DNA of 63,254 nt, filler included, from Octopus bimaculoides (Eukaryota): NCBI RefSeq assembly GCF_001194135.2. It is 4 parts of 4 records of this genome, joined end to end, with 100 filler letters (N's around TTAATTAATTAA, not from the genome) between each part and the next. Parts side by side here need not be neighbours in the genome. Positions count along the whole stretch, not along the records: positions 28,691 to 42,122 come from NC_068987.1; positions 42,223 to 62,056 come from NC_068983.1; 2 more parts are not named here. The stretch is one strand, 5' to 3'. The notes beneath the pieces are model-generated. The model made no database searches. It saw nothing but the letters and a program-made list of their open reading frames with translations, and was not told where the DNA came from. A program made the translations under genes and the position numbers. Below are positions 35,362-47,623 of this stretch, piece by piece (the stretch's first letter is position 1; each line of letters begins with the position of its first letter).

Positions 35362-35548
35362 ATCATGGAAGAAAGAGTAGAGGGTAGTAGATCAAGAGGC
35401 AGGCAAAGAAAGCAATGGATGGACAGTATCACAAGCTGGTAGGACAAGAGTGAAAAGGCGGCTGGAGAACTTGTGCTTAATTGGGAAGATTTTTGCTGTA
35501 GTGTCATCAATACACTGCAGGCATACAATACATGATGACGATGATGAC
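35362..35548 (+). pseudogene. RTE/BovB-like ORF C-terminus with (GAT)n tail
   Basis: IMEERVEGSRSRGRQRKQWMDSITSW matches G.IEG.R.RGRPR.RWMD.I..W; followed by tgatgacgatgatgac. Confidence 0.75.
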
Positions 35549-35629
35549 TGTGTGTGTGCGTATGTTTTTAATCAAAGCTACCAACTCGGAAATGCAAATA
35601 CAAAACCTTTATCCAAATACTAATGATAA

Positions 35630-36335
35630 CAACAACAAAAAACAATAATAATAAAAATTTCTTTTATTTACTGCAGGGAAATCAGATGAGAGACACTAAA
35701 AGGACAGTTTACAGTTTGTGCAGGGGTTTATATAAAAGACAAAGGGAAAGAAAGGGAGTGGAAGGGGAAATGAGATGAAAGTGTTCATAGTGTGTAAAGT
35801 ATGTGAACACATCTATGATGCAGTCCTGATATATAAGAGAACCTCCAACTAGGACCAGTCAATGAACACCACAGATCCAGGATCCCTCTGACCACCAAGA
35901 TCACAGGCTCTTGCCCTTTGTGGTCTACAGGTAAAAGCTTAGAGTAGGTTCATTCACCCTAACTATTTTTGCCACAGTCACCCACTTTTTGACAAATTCA
36001 CTGGCAGAGAGCACTTCCTTCTCCACCTTCACTTACCTTTCCAAGTTTAACTTTAAAAAAATCGATGAGGGCTTGACCAGAGTGGAAAATATCTGTCCTC
36101 AATCCTTTCAACCTTATCCTACACTACTTCTTTCACTGTAGCCATTGGACAGAGGAACACTACTTGCCCTGCCCTGTTTAATATCGGCAGTCAGGCAACA
36201 GTTTGTCCTTCATGTGATAACAGCTGTTTGACATAACTTCACAAATCAGCAATGCTCCAAAGCTGCACAGGTATGTGCACTACAGTTTTGTTGTAGTGCA
36301 TGCAACTTGGGTTATCCTGTCTAAAGGCACTTCTA
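35630..36335 (-). mobile_element. L1/Tx1-type LINE 3' end (ORF2 C-terminus and UTR), decayed
   Basis: TVVHIPVQLWSIADL*SYVKQLLSH...FLCPMATVKEVV*...LIDFFK...VKVEKEVLSASEFVKKWVTVAKIVRVNEPTLSFYL*, then a UTR ending AATAAAagaaa. Clade assigned from recalled resemblance. Confidence 0.6.
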
Positions 36336-36374
36336 TGCCTGTAAAGTTTATCTCAAACTAGCAGTGTCCTTCAG

Positions 36375-36748
36375 TAGCACTGTTATGCGAGGAGTTTCCT
36401 ATTGGTTTTGGGTTCAATCCTACTGTACAGAACCTTGGTCAAATGTCTGCTACTATAGCTGAGTCCAATCAATCTTTTATGAGTGAATCTGGTAGATGGA
36501 AATTGTGAGGAAGCCCATGGCATAATATATAATGTGTGTGTTTGCCTTGTCCTCCTACTACAGACTGACAAGCAGTGTTGGTTTGTTTAAATCCCTAGAA
36601 TTTCACAGGTCAGTAAAAGGGACTGACAAAATATGTACTAGACTTAAAAATAATTACTGGGGTTGATTTGTTTGATTAAGCTCTTCAAAGCAATACCCAA
36701 CATGGTCACATTTCAATGACTGAAACATGTAAAATATAAAAGATAAAA
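36375..36748 (+). mobile_element. Old SINE family C, full length, heavily CpG-decayed
   Basis: Head ...gtgaatctggtagatggaaattgtgaggaagcccatggcat; tail caacatggtcacatttcaatgactgaaacatgtaaaa. Confidence 0.75.
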
Positions 36749-36784
36749 CAATATGTATATAATATATATGTGTGTGTGTGTGTG

Positions 36785-36830
<46 letters not shown>

Positions 36831-37764
36831 NNNNNNNNNNNNNNNNNNNNNNNNNNNNNNNNNNNNNNNNNNNNNNNNNNNNNNNNNNNNNNNNNNNNNN
36901 NNNNNNNNNNNNNNNNNNNNNNNNNNNNNNNNNNNNNNNNNNNNNNNNNNNNNNNNNNNNNNNNNNNNNNNNNNNNNNNNNNNNNNNNNNNNNNNNNNNN
37001 NNNNNNNNNNNNNNNNNNNNNNNNNNNNNNNNNNNNNNNNNNNNNNNNNNNNNNNNNNNNNNNNNNNNNNNNNNNNNNNNNNNNNNNNNNNNNNNNNNNN
37101 NNNNNNNNNNNNNNNNNNNNNNNNNNNNNNNNNNNNNNNNNNNNNNNNNNNNNNNNNNNNNNNNNNNNNNNNNNNNNNNNNNNNNNNNNNNNNNNNNNNN
37201 NNNNNNNNNNNNNNNNNNNNNNNNNNNNNNNNNNNNNNNNNNNNNNNNNNNNNNNNNNNNNNNNNNNNNNNNNNNNNNNNNNNNNNNNNNNNNNNNNNNN
37301 NNNNNNNNNNNNNNNNNNNNNNNNNNNNNNNNNNNNNNNNNNNNNNNNNNNNNNNNNNNNNNNNNNNNNNNNNNNNNNNNNNNNNNNNNNNNNNNNNNNN
37401 NNNNNNNNNNNNNNNNNNNNNNNNNNNNNNNNNNNNNNNNNNNNNNNNNNNNNNNNNNNNNNNNNNNNNNNNNNNNNNNNNNNNNNNNNNNNNNNNNNNN
37501 NNNNNNNNNNNNNNNNNNNNNNNNNNNNNNNNNNNNNNNNNNNNNNNNNNNNNNNNNNNNNNNNNNNNNNNNNNNNNNNNNNNNNNNNNNNNNNNNNNNN
37601 NNNNNNNNNNNNNNNNNNNNNNNNNNNNNNNNNNNNNNNNNNNNNNNNNNNNNNNNNNNNNNNNNNNNNNNNNNNNNNNNNNNNNNNNNNNNNNNNNNNN
37701 NNNNNNNNNNNNNNNNNNNNNNNNNNNNNNNNNNNNNNNNNNNNNNNNNNNNNNNNNNNNNNNN

Positions 37765-39307
37765 AAGGACTAGAATCAAAGGGCCTTAGAGTCAACCTAG
37801 CTAAAACCAAAGTCCTAATAAGTAGGAAGGTAGACAAAACACAAACCCCGATCTGTAGAAAAGGCATAGGTAGAAACTCTATAAGATGTACCCAGTGTAA
37901 GCTATAGACACATAAGAGGTGCAGCAATATCAAAGGAAGGTTAACTAGAAAGTTAGTTTTTGTCTGTGGCAGATATTCAGGAGCAATAAACACTGAAAAT
38001 GTGCAGAAAACAACTTCTGCCACATTCCAGGGAGAAAAACTAGATGTAGTTGATAGCTTCCACTATCTAGGTGACCAAGTTAGTTGTGGGAGAGGGTGCA
38101 CTGAAAATGTATCTGCTAGAATAAGAATAGCCTGGGCAAAGTTCAGAGAGTTCTTACCTCTGCTGATGACAAAGGGCCTCTCACTCAGAGTAAAAGGCAG
38201 GCTGTATGACGCATGTGTATGAACAGCCATGCTACATGGCAGTGAAATATGGGCCGTGACTGTTGAGGACTTGTGTAAGCTCGCAAGAATGAGGGCAGTA
38301 TGCTCCGATGGATGTGTAATGTCAGTGTGCATACACAACAGAGTGTAAGTACCTTGAGAGAAAAGTTGAACCTAAGAAGTATCAGTTGTGGTGTGCAAGA
38401 GAGACGATTGCACTGGTATGGTCATGTGGCGAGAATGGATGAGGATAGCTGTGTGAAAAAGTGCCACACCCTAGCGGTTGAGGGAACCTGTGGAAGAGGT
38501 AGACCCTAGAAGACCTGGGATAAGGTGGTGAAGCATGACCTTCAAACATTAGGCCTCACCGAGGCAATAACTTGTGACCTAGACCTTTGGAAATATGCTG
38601 TGCATGAGAAGACCCGGCAAACCAAGTGAGACCATAATCCGAGGCCTCTGCCAAGGGTGTAGCCAGCCCACTTATGCATACCTTTCCTTCATTGGACACT
38701 AAGCTTCACTTGCGAAGACCTGTTGAGGCAAGTGAAATCAAAATCGAACCAAATTCGACGACTGGCACCCATGCTAATGTTTCCTTCATTGGACACTAAA
38801 CTCGGCTTGCAAAGACCTGTTGGAGCAAGTGAAAGTGAAATCGTGATGGCACCTGTACCAGTGGAGTGCTAAGAGCACCGTCTGAGTATGATCGTTGCCA
38901 GAGCAACTGTCTGGCTTCCATGCCAGTGGCACATAAATAGCACTATTTGAGCATGATCGTTACCAGCATCGCCTTCCTGGCACTTGTGCTGGTGGCACGT
39001 GAAAAGACATTTGAGCGAGGTCATTGCCAGTGCCGCTGGACTGGCTCCTGTGCAGGTGGCACGTAAAATACACCATTTTGAGCGTGGCCATTGCCAATAC
39101 CGCCTGACTGGCTTTTGTGCTGGTGGCACGTTAAAGCACCCACTACACTCTCGGAGTGGTTGGCATTAGGAAGGGCATCTAGCTGTAGAACCTCTGCCAA
39201 ATCAGATTGGAGCCTGGTGTAGCCATGTTGTTCGCCAGTCCTCAATCAAATCCTCCAACCCATGCTAGTATGGAAAGCGGACGTTAAACGATGATGATGA
39301 TGATGAT
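37765..39307 (+). mobile_element. RTE-clade LINE 3' part (RT C-terminus, UTR, (GAT)n tail), older copy
   Basis: GLESKGLRVNLAKTK...VDSFHYLGD...ARIRIAWAKFRE...KGRLYDACV*TAMLHGSEIW...RRLHWYGHVARM...EGTCGRGRP*KTW; ends gaaagcggacgttaaac(gat)n. Confidence 0.95.
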
Positions 39308-39414
39308 ATATATATATATGATGACTGGAAGGCTCCAGTTTCCAGTACTCAGAGTTATCCATCTCTGATGATTAGCTGCTTAAACCACTCCTGCTTTTCT
39401 TTTGAAATATTCAC

Positions 39415-39560
39415 TGCATGCAAAGTGCTAACAATTCTCGTCTTTTGTTCAAACTGTTACAGCACGAAGGTTGAATCAAACGGCAATGATGAACTTAAAA
39501 TATATATTGGGGCAATAGAACTCATATTACATAAAACTCAATAACATAAAAACTGTTATT
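39415..39560 (+). pseudogene. Probable third Penelope-like GIY-YIG fragment
   Basis: CKVLTILVFCSNCYSTKVESNGNDELKIYIGAIELILHKTQ* resembles C....VY.ATV......K.YIG.TE..FK.RY.NH. Confidence 0.5.
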
Positions 39561-40814
39561 GCAAGCACTGATAGAAAATGTGCTACAGCTTTATTGAAGT
39601 TTATATGGTTCTTGCATGTGACATATTACCATGAGATCCACAAATAAAATTAAAATGTGAGCTTGAATTTTTAAACTTAAGGATAACCCTAATCTAATTA
39701 ACAATAGATCTGACCTTAGGGTTTTATGTGTGCATTGTTACTCCTGCACCTTTAAATATTTTAAAAAGTAAATATTTTTTAAAAAGTAAATCTTACTAAA
39801 TTTTTTAATTTAGTTTCTATCATTTTATTTGAGGTATGACTTTTAATATATACTTAGAATACATTTTAACCTTTCCCAACCCACTGATAGTAGTCCTACA
39901 TTTTCTCTAAGTTATTCTGAGTCTTTTTCGAAAACCTTAGCTTTATTTCTCTTAATTTAGTCCTGTTTTTCTAATTCTATTCCGCTCCCTTTTTTTTCCT
40001 CTTTCCTCTTCCCCCCTTTCTTTCTGTTTGGATTTTGGCCATTAATATTATAGTTTTACCCATAAATAATACCACCCCACATTAATTTATATCTTATTTT
40101 AACTGGATATGTTTATCTTGTTCTAATTATTATTGTTCCCTATAGTTTTGAACTTAGTAGTTCAGTGCTTCATTGTATTATTCTATTTATACTGTAGAAT
40201 AGATATATTTCTTTAATACCTTGACCTTAATTCCCTTACCTTAAATTTTTTCCAAATTTTTACCACTCCTTAGGGTATTGCCCTTCCATTTCCTTTTTTT
40301 TTTNNNNNNNNNNNNNNNNNNNNNNNNNNNNNNNNNNNNNNNNNNNNNNNNNNNNNNNNNNNNNNNNNNNNNNNNNNNNNNNNNNNCTTGTCTGTGAAAC
40401 AGCAGCATAGTCGAGATGTGTTTTCTTCTCTTACTCTTGTTTTTTGCAAACATCTTCAAAATGACTTTCTAAAATGAAATTCCATTATGCAGCTGAGGAG
40501 TACATTTTCATTGTATTTTTTCTGTGGTGTTCTCACTACATGAATAAATGGAGCTTGTACGAAACGTACGTACTGCTATAACCTATTGAATTTTTGTTGC
40601 TTAACTTCAAATTTTATTCACCAAATCTCTTGATTTTGTTTTTGGTGTTTACCCTACCAAATTCTGGTGCCTCAAACATTCTAAGTACCACATTTAATCT
40701 TTTGATTAAATCTATATTATTATACATATATATATATATAAGTTGATGATAATGATGGACTCTCCACACAAATGTTTTGTTTATAGTGATCAAAATGTAT
40801 ATGCTGTACATTAG

Positions 40815-40938
40815 CTCAGCCTTTCCATCAGAGCAACACGAGATGAAGTGTTTTGCTCAAGAACACAATGCACCACCTGACCTAGGACCTGAAACCATGA
40901 CCTCATAATTGTGAATGCAACACCTTAACCATTAGATC
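40815..40938 (-). mobile_element. Degenerate SINE family D head
   Basis: gagcaacacgagatgaagtgttttgctcaagaacacaatgc...tgaaaccatgacc...aacaccttaaccattaga. Confidence 0.7.
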
Positions 40939-40983
40939 ATGTGTCCTCTCTCTCTCTCTCTCTTTTTCTCTCTCTCACTCACA

Positions 40984-41022
<39 letters not shown>

Positions 41023-41815
41023 AGGTATGGTGATACAAACAAGAAAACTAGAACTCAAAATATAAGTTTATGTATATTTTTATTATCATCAAAGTTTGAT
41101 AAGAGCCAACACTCAAAACTCTCAGCCCTTGAGTCATTTTGTTACTTTCTGCTAAATATTAATAAAGATATATATTATAGGCAGGCAGGCTGGTAGGCAT
41201 ATATAGTTGGTTCCGTTTCTAACTCAACAATTTGCATATTATGGCATTCTTTCAGCGACAAACCATTAAACATTGAAAGCAATCTTTCTCTTGAGATCAA
41301 TAAATATAAAACAGATAACAAACAGAAACTTCTTGCAATTAGTATTGCTTATTCAGTTCCAGTCACAGTTATCTGACCTTTTCCACTGTAAGAAACTATC
41401 TTTACTTCTTTTCCTTGCTTTTATGGGAAGACAAAATTTTATAAGAATTCTTTGATATTCAGCGAGGAATATACAGATGTTCTTATCACTTCTATTTTTC
41501 TTCTATTTTCTCAATTAAAATATGCAGATCTTTTGAATATTACAGTTATTTATAATCAATAACTTCTTTCCATCAGAAATCATTTCGTTATTTTACATTT
41601 GAGTTGAAACCTCACAACATTATGCTTTGCCTTTAATCCTTCCAAGGAGTCAAAATAACAATACCACTGACCACCCTAATGTATTGTGTTGTATTAAGTT
41701 TAGAGATTAGTTTGATCTATTCAGTGTAATTTATTTGTCCATCATTCTTAATGATTGTTCTGCCATTGTAAGGAGTTAATCAGACAGGATACTAAATTAA
41801 TTACTACAAAGGCAG

Positions 41816-42122
41816 TCATCATCATCATCATCATCGTTTAATGTCCGCTTTCCATGCTAGCATGGGTTGGACGATTTGACTGAGGACTGGTGAAACCGGA
41901 TGGCAACACCAGGCTCCAGTCTGATTTGGCAGAGTTTCTACAGCTGGATGCCCTTCCTAACGCCAACCACTCAGAGAGTGTAGTGGGTGCTTTTACGTGT
42001 CACCCGCACGAAAACGGCCACGCTCAAAATGGTGTCTTTTATGTGCCACCCGCACAAGCCAGTCCAGGGGCACTGGCAACGATCTCGCTCGAAAATCCTA
42101 CAGGAGCCAGTCAGGCGGTACT
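41816..42122 (-). mobile_element. RTE LINE 3' end, near-identical to 30274-30581, cut by a linker
   Basis: Two differences found over ~290 bp by eye. Confidence 0.92.
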
Positions 42123-42222
42123 NNNNNNNNNNNNNNNNNNNNNNNNNNNNNNNNNNNNNNNNNNNNTTAATTAATTAANNNNNNNNNNNNNNNNNNNNNN
42201 NNNNNNNNNNNNNNNNNNNNNN
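42123..42222. other. Artificial scaffold linker
   Basis: 44 N + TTAATTAATTAA + 44 N. Confidence 0.95.
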
Positions 42223-42302
42223 CTACACCCTAATAATACCATTTGACGATCCTAGTTTCTTTGGGTCACACTGAGCTGTGCCGATATAATGTAGAAGAAA
42301 TA

Positions 42303-42765
<463 letters not shown>

Positions 42766-42855
42766 GTGTTTGTTTATTGGTGTAGTTATAAAAAAGAAGT
42801 GATGGAAGGTCGTTTTAAAAGTGGTAAGGAGAACGCATGCGCAGCGAAGCCCATA

Positions 42856-42907
42856 CAGTGTTACCAAGCAGTGTTACCAAGCACTGTTACCATACGGTGT
42901 TACCAAA
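42856..42907 (+). repeat. 13-bp minisatellite x4
   Basis: cagtgttaccaag / cagtgttaccaag / cactgttaccata / cggtgttaccaaa. Confidence 0.9.
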
Positions 42908-43729
42908 ACAATATAATATCACTGGGAATATGCTTTATCCAACTTATTTTGGTGGAAAGACGTGTAGGCGGATGCCTCAACCTTAGTCATAATACGACTC
43001 CGTAGCTGACCCTTGTATTGGTGTAATGAAAATATGCTGCAATTTTGGTTACTGCTATTCCCATTGTGTTATTGGTATATCGTGATCAATGGACCGGTTG
43101 AATTTCCCCTTTTCTATACACGCTGGCAACATCTTTAACCCCTTATTTTTTATACTGATCCCTACTTCGTAAGAGTGATGTGTGACTCCGCACGCTATAA
43201 GCAATACGGTTCATTAAATAATGATAAAACATTTCTTATTTAGGCTTACCTTGAACTTTTACACTTGGAGAAAGTTTTAATAGAATTTCCAAATTGGGTC
43301 CACCGTGACATTCTTGGATTTGGTTATTCTTGTTTGCACGTTAGTTGGTGAATGACATCTCTGCCACTTGAGTTTATAGTCCTCTATTTTCCAGAATGCA
43401 CCATTCTATTCTCGCGATTGCAACGAATCATATTAGGGAAGAGAATACGCAGATCTGAATGTCATGCAGGTAACTGTTCTGTCAGCTTTATTTAAACGAA
43501 CCATGATAATTTCAAGTTTGTCGTTCCCTTGCGAAGGCATCTGGTTTAAAAATATGTTTTACCTTTACGAAATTCGCATATTTTCCTTCATGTTACGTAT
43601 ATACACGTTCGAAAAATATATTGTCTCCATACGATTTCAGAATAACCAGCACTCAAGTCTGTAAATTGTTCTGGGAGAGATTCGCTTGAAGTACAAAGAA
43701 TGTGTGTCCCAGGATACCCAAGCGTGTCC

Positions 43730-44100
43730 AGTGGAGAACCGCTGTTAAAGGTTGGATATTGGAAGATCACGACCATTTCGGGTATAGAGAAGGATCTAGT
43801 GCAGGTGGCCAAACGTTACCGGCTAGATATAGTTGGTTTCTTCTTTACAAGGTTCCGTGGTTCTAGTACCGTAGATTTGTAGGGAGAGTGTAAAGTCCAC
43901 TATTTAGGTGTGATGCCAACTGTACTTGCACAGGTAGGAGTGGAGACACACGCGGCTGTCAGATTCTGTTATGGAGTGGATGCTACTAGGTAGGAAGATT
44001 TGCCTTCTGAAGCTTAAACTGAAGGAAGGACTGCTGTGACTGTTGCATGTATATATGCCAAACAGCATGTCCAAGTACAAATCCTTTCTTATAGTTTTTG
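43730..44100 (+). pseudogene. APE endonuclease N-terminal fragment of an RTE-clade (Expander/Rex3-like) LINE
   Basis: LKVGYWKITTISGIEKDLVQVAKRYRLDIVGFFFTRFRGSSTVDL*GECKVHYLGV / frameshift / SVMEWMLLGRKICLLKLKLKEGLL*LLHVYMPNSMSKYKSFL matches GTWNV.SL.GKE.ELV.E..RYRLDIVGL...AYAPNS.SEY..FL. Confidence 0.8.
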
Positions 44101-45036
44101 GCATCTTGTGGAAGGGCCAGGTTCAGCTAGCCAGGGCGTTCATCTGTTGGTCTACTCTAATGCCATCTATAAGCTCGATCTTGGTAAGTCGTGACTGACG
44201 CACGCAGTTACCCAGAAATGCTGGTATGTTTGCTGAAAATCCTAGATGACGAAGATCAGTTGGAGTTTACATCTGTACCACTCACATGCTCGAAGTTGAT
44301 CTTTTCGACAGTGTTGCAATTCTGAGTCGTCAAACGCACACCTAGATTACATGATTATATTGTGAAAGACGAGTAAGTTTATTAAATATGCGTTCAATCT
44401 TACTATGCAAATAGACTATATAATTCTGCGTCATGTAGTCACCCTCAGCAAATCAAACTTAAAAGGTACTCGAGGCAATAACCAATCTAATTTTTTTTTC
44501 TTTCAGAGAAAGTAAACATTTAAAGTTTCTTATAAAATATATTATGAGCAACTGTCACAAATTATATTCATTTGTATAATCGTCCATTTGTCGGCAACGT
44601 GTATTAAATAGCAAAATACTGAGGATACACTTGTTGATAAACTGCGAATGAATTTATAAATTTACATACAAAAAACACATTCAACCTCACTGTCTAAACA
44701 GAACTATGTTTAAACAGGGTCCTATTCGTATCACGAATGCGAGAAAAACTCTGGTATTTCCAATTGGTAACTGCCATCTTATGAATATATTTTTACACAA
44801 GTTCGTTCAACAGGAAGTAGTTTAGAGCTAGTTATAAAAGATGCTATGAGCCAAATCATACTCAGAGCATTTTTCATTAGCAGCTCTAAACCGACTCTTT
44901 TTTCTATAGAATGAACTGCAGTAGACGATCTTAATAAGACAGAAAAAAATAAAACTAATANNNNNNNNNNATAGAAATGTTTAACTCTAGAACCTATTTA
45001 CACAGTGGGTTTAACATATATATATAATATAATGTA

Positions 45037-45077
<41 letters not shown>

Positions 45078-45832
45078 GTGTTGTGTGTATGCGTGCGTGT
45101 TTGTGTGTTGTGTGTGCGTCTGTGTCTGTGTATTATATATTACATATGTGTGTATGTGTGTATGTATGTATGTATGTATGTATTACGTATGTACTCAGGA
45201 AAGAAGAAAATTATATATAAAGAACTATTGAAAGACCGAAGGCAATTTAGTTAAAGAGAGCAGAAGAATAACAAATAATCCACAACGAAGAAAAATATAA
45301 AACAGTAAATGAATGAAGAAAGAAAAAACAGAAGAAAGATAAAAAAAAATAATAAAGATAAAGGTAGAGGATGGAAAAAAATATGAAAATAAGGAAAAAG
45401 GAAAACAATTGACAGAACTTGCAAAAAAAATCTTAGGCAACAAACAAAATGTTAGAAACACATAACTTGAGAAGAGTATTCACACCTACACGTGTTTGAA
45501 TTTGTGGTGTATACATGATAGTAGATGTAACTCCACTGCAGATATAAACTGTGTGTAATTTCATGAGAAAGATAATTGGTTGGCAGTAGGTTTTTAAAAC
45601 ACATGTTTAGCATGAGAGGATTATGAGTCAGTGTGGAGACATCTTAAAACAAAAGCCCCGTTTGTGGTTGATGGCGTGAACGAAATTAGACAGTTTCTAA
45701 CGGTGATGTTGTCCAAAATTAGATATTGCTTTGCAGCACTGGCATCGAGCGCATACAGGAAATCGGTACATGTTCTCATAAACCTGATCGTTGCCAAATT
45801 TATAATCATGCACATTCGGTGTTCATTTTCAG

Positions 45833-45867
45833 AAGACAAAGCTTATTTGTTGAAGAGTTGTTGAGAG
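45833..45867 (+). other. Candidate 35-nt micro-exon
   Basis: gtgttcattttcAG | aagacaaagcttatttgttgaagagttgttgagag | GTGAGT; one open frame (RQSLFVEELLR). Confidence 0.15.
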
Positions 45868-46480
45868 GTGAGTAATCTTAATGAAATATGATCTACTATG
45901 TATAATAAAGCTGTCGTATTTGTAATACTCCAACCCGCCCATATAACCGATGACACAGCGTAGACCTCATCGGGAACACCAGATGAAAAAGCAAAACGGA
46001 AATCTCAGAGGATATTTATTAATGCATTCAATTGATAGTTCATCTCTACAAAAGTAACGATCTCCAAACTGAATAATTAAAGTCTTCCTTAATCTCTCTT
46101 TCTCTCTCTTCCCTCCCCCCCTCTCTCTCTCTCTCTTTCTTTCTCCATCTCTCTTTTTCTCCTTTTTTCGTTTATTTTTGCATTTTTCTCTTCTGCAATT
46201 CAATACATCGAAGTATAATTATGCTTAAAATTTGTACAGTCTTGTGTTATTGAATGAATCTTGCAGATACACTCAAAGTTCTCTTCAAAACAGTAAAGGT
46301 ATTGGTAAAATCTTTTTCAGGATATCAATGCCATGTCAATTTCGGCTTAACCTTGCGTACTTGGTAAGAAAATATAACTTACAATAATATAGAAATTGCC
46401 GATTAATTTATACGTAGGTAAGCTATTTTGTATATGGTTACTTCTTTTCACAACAGAAGTAACTACACTATCACCAAGCA

Positions 46481-46522
46481 TGAGCATCCTTTATCCGAAA
46501 TTTGAGCATCCTTTATCCGAAA
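46481..46522 (+). repeat. 20-bp perfect tandem duplication (period 22)
   Basis: tgagcatcctttatccgaaa at 46481 and 46503. Confidence 0.9.
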
Positions 46523-46667
46523 AGCTTAAATCCACACGTGTCATCAGTGTGTTCCAAGGTTGCTGGACTGTATTACTGGTTAGTTAATGCAAAACTTCGT
46601 ATAGTAATTTCACAGCATCGAGCAAAGATTTGAACATGGTTTATTGGGCTGCAATAGTTACGAAAAT

Positions 46668-47060
46668 TCTTTTATTCTTTTATTTATTTACTTGTTTCAG
46701 TCATTTTACTGTGACCATGCTAGAGCACCGCCTTAGGAAGTTTTAGTCGAAAAAATTGACACTAGGATTTATTCTTTGCAAGCCTTGTACTTATTCCATC
46801 GTTCATTTTCACCGAAACGCTAAGTTTCGGGGACGTAAACACACCAACATCAGTCGTCGAGTGATGGTGGTGGAGCACAAAGAGAAAGGCACACACACAT
46901 AAGTAAACACACACACACACATACATATATATGGTCGGCCCGAAGCAATATATGGTCGGCCCGAAGCAATAGTAAACCACACAAGGTTCCACACAATGAA
47001 ACTGAACCAAGAACCACGTTGTTGAGAAACAAGCTTCTTACAACACAGCCACACCTGTGC
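46668..47060 (-). mobile_element. SINE family C with an internal 21-bp duplication
   Basis: Tail cttgtttcagtcattttactgtgaccatgctagagcaccgcc; atatggtcggcccgaagcaat twice at 46929-46970. Confidence 0.85.
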
Positions 47061-47589
47061 CTATAAAATGTTTATGTATTACAATTCACATACAGAATCA
47101 ACAAGAGGAAAATAGGGCAATACGACACGGAAGGAAAATGTTTGTTCAAAGTTTAATACTGGGTTGCTTTTAACATAGTAGGCAGAGAAACAGATATATA
47201 GGTGCGGTGTCATGTCTGCCTTCTGGTCACATATAGTCATTAGAATGAATAGTAAAGGAGTTCGTGCTGGTAAAGCTCTCAAGAACACACACAGGAGTTG
47301 GCTAAAGTGGAGAACGTCATACACGCTCGGACGTCTGCAACACTCTACAATTTCCGCCATTTATGGCTGTAATTATAAGCCGTATTTATGGCAAATACTG
47401 CACAAGCTATCATGTGAACAAAATCCGACGATTGTACAGCAACTCGGTTGCGCACATGATCAAGCCGTTGTGAAGCCATTGCCGTTGTGAAGCCATGTGG
47501 CAAACGCATATCCTAATCCTGCTACATATCTTTAAGAAAACACATTTCAGCGATACATACGTACATACATACATACATACACACACACA

Positions 47590-47623
<34 letters not shown>

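Noticed and set aside
42856-42907. Regularly spaced repeats (also 17774 and 38883-39140) as CRISPR-like arrays
   Set aside because: They are contiguous tandem units with no unique spacers, in a eukaryotic context with no cas genes.
45621-45839. KQYLILDN resembling a pogo/Tigger DDE motif
   Set aside because: The following residues lack the N.P.H pattern and no other motifs are present.
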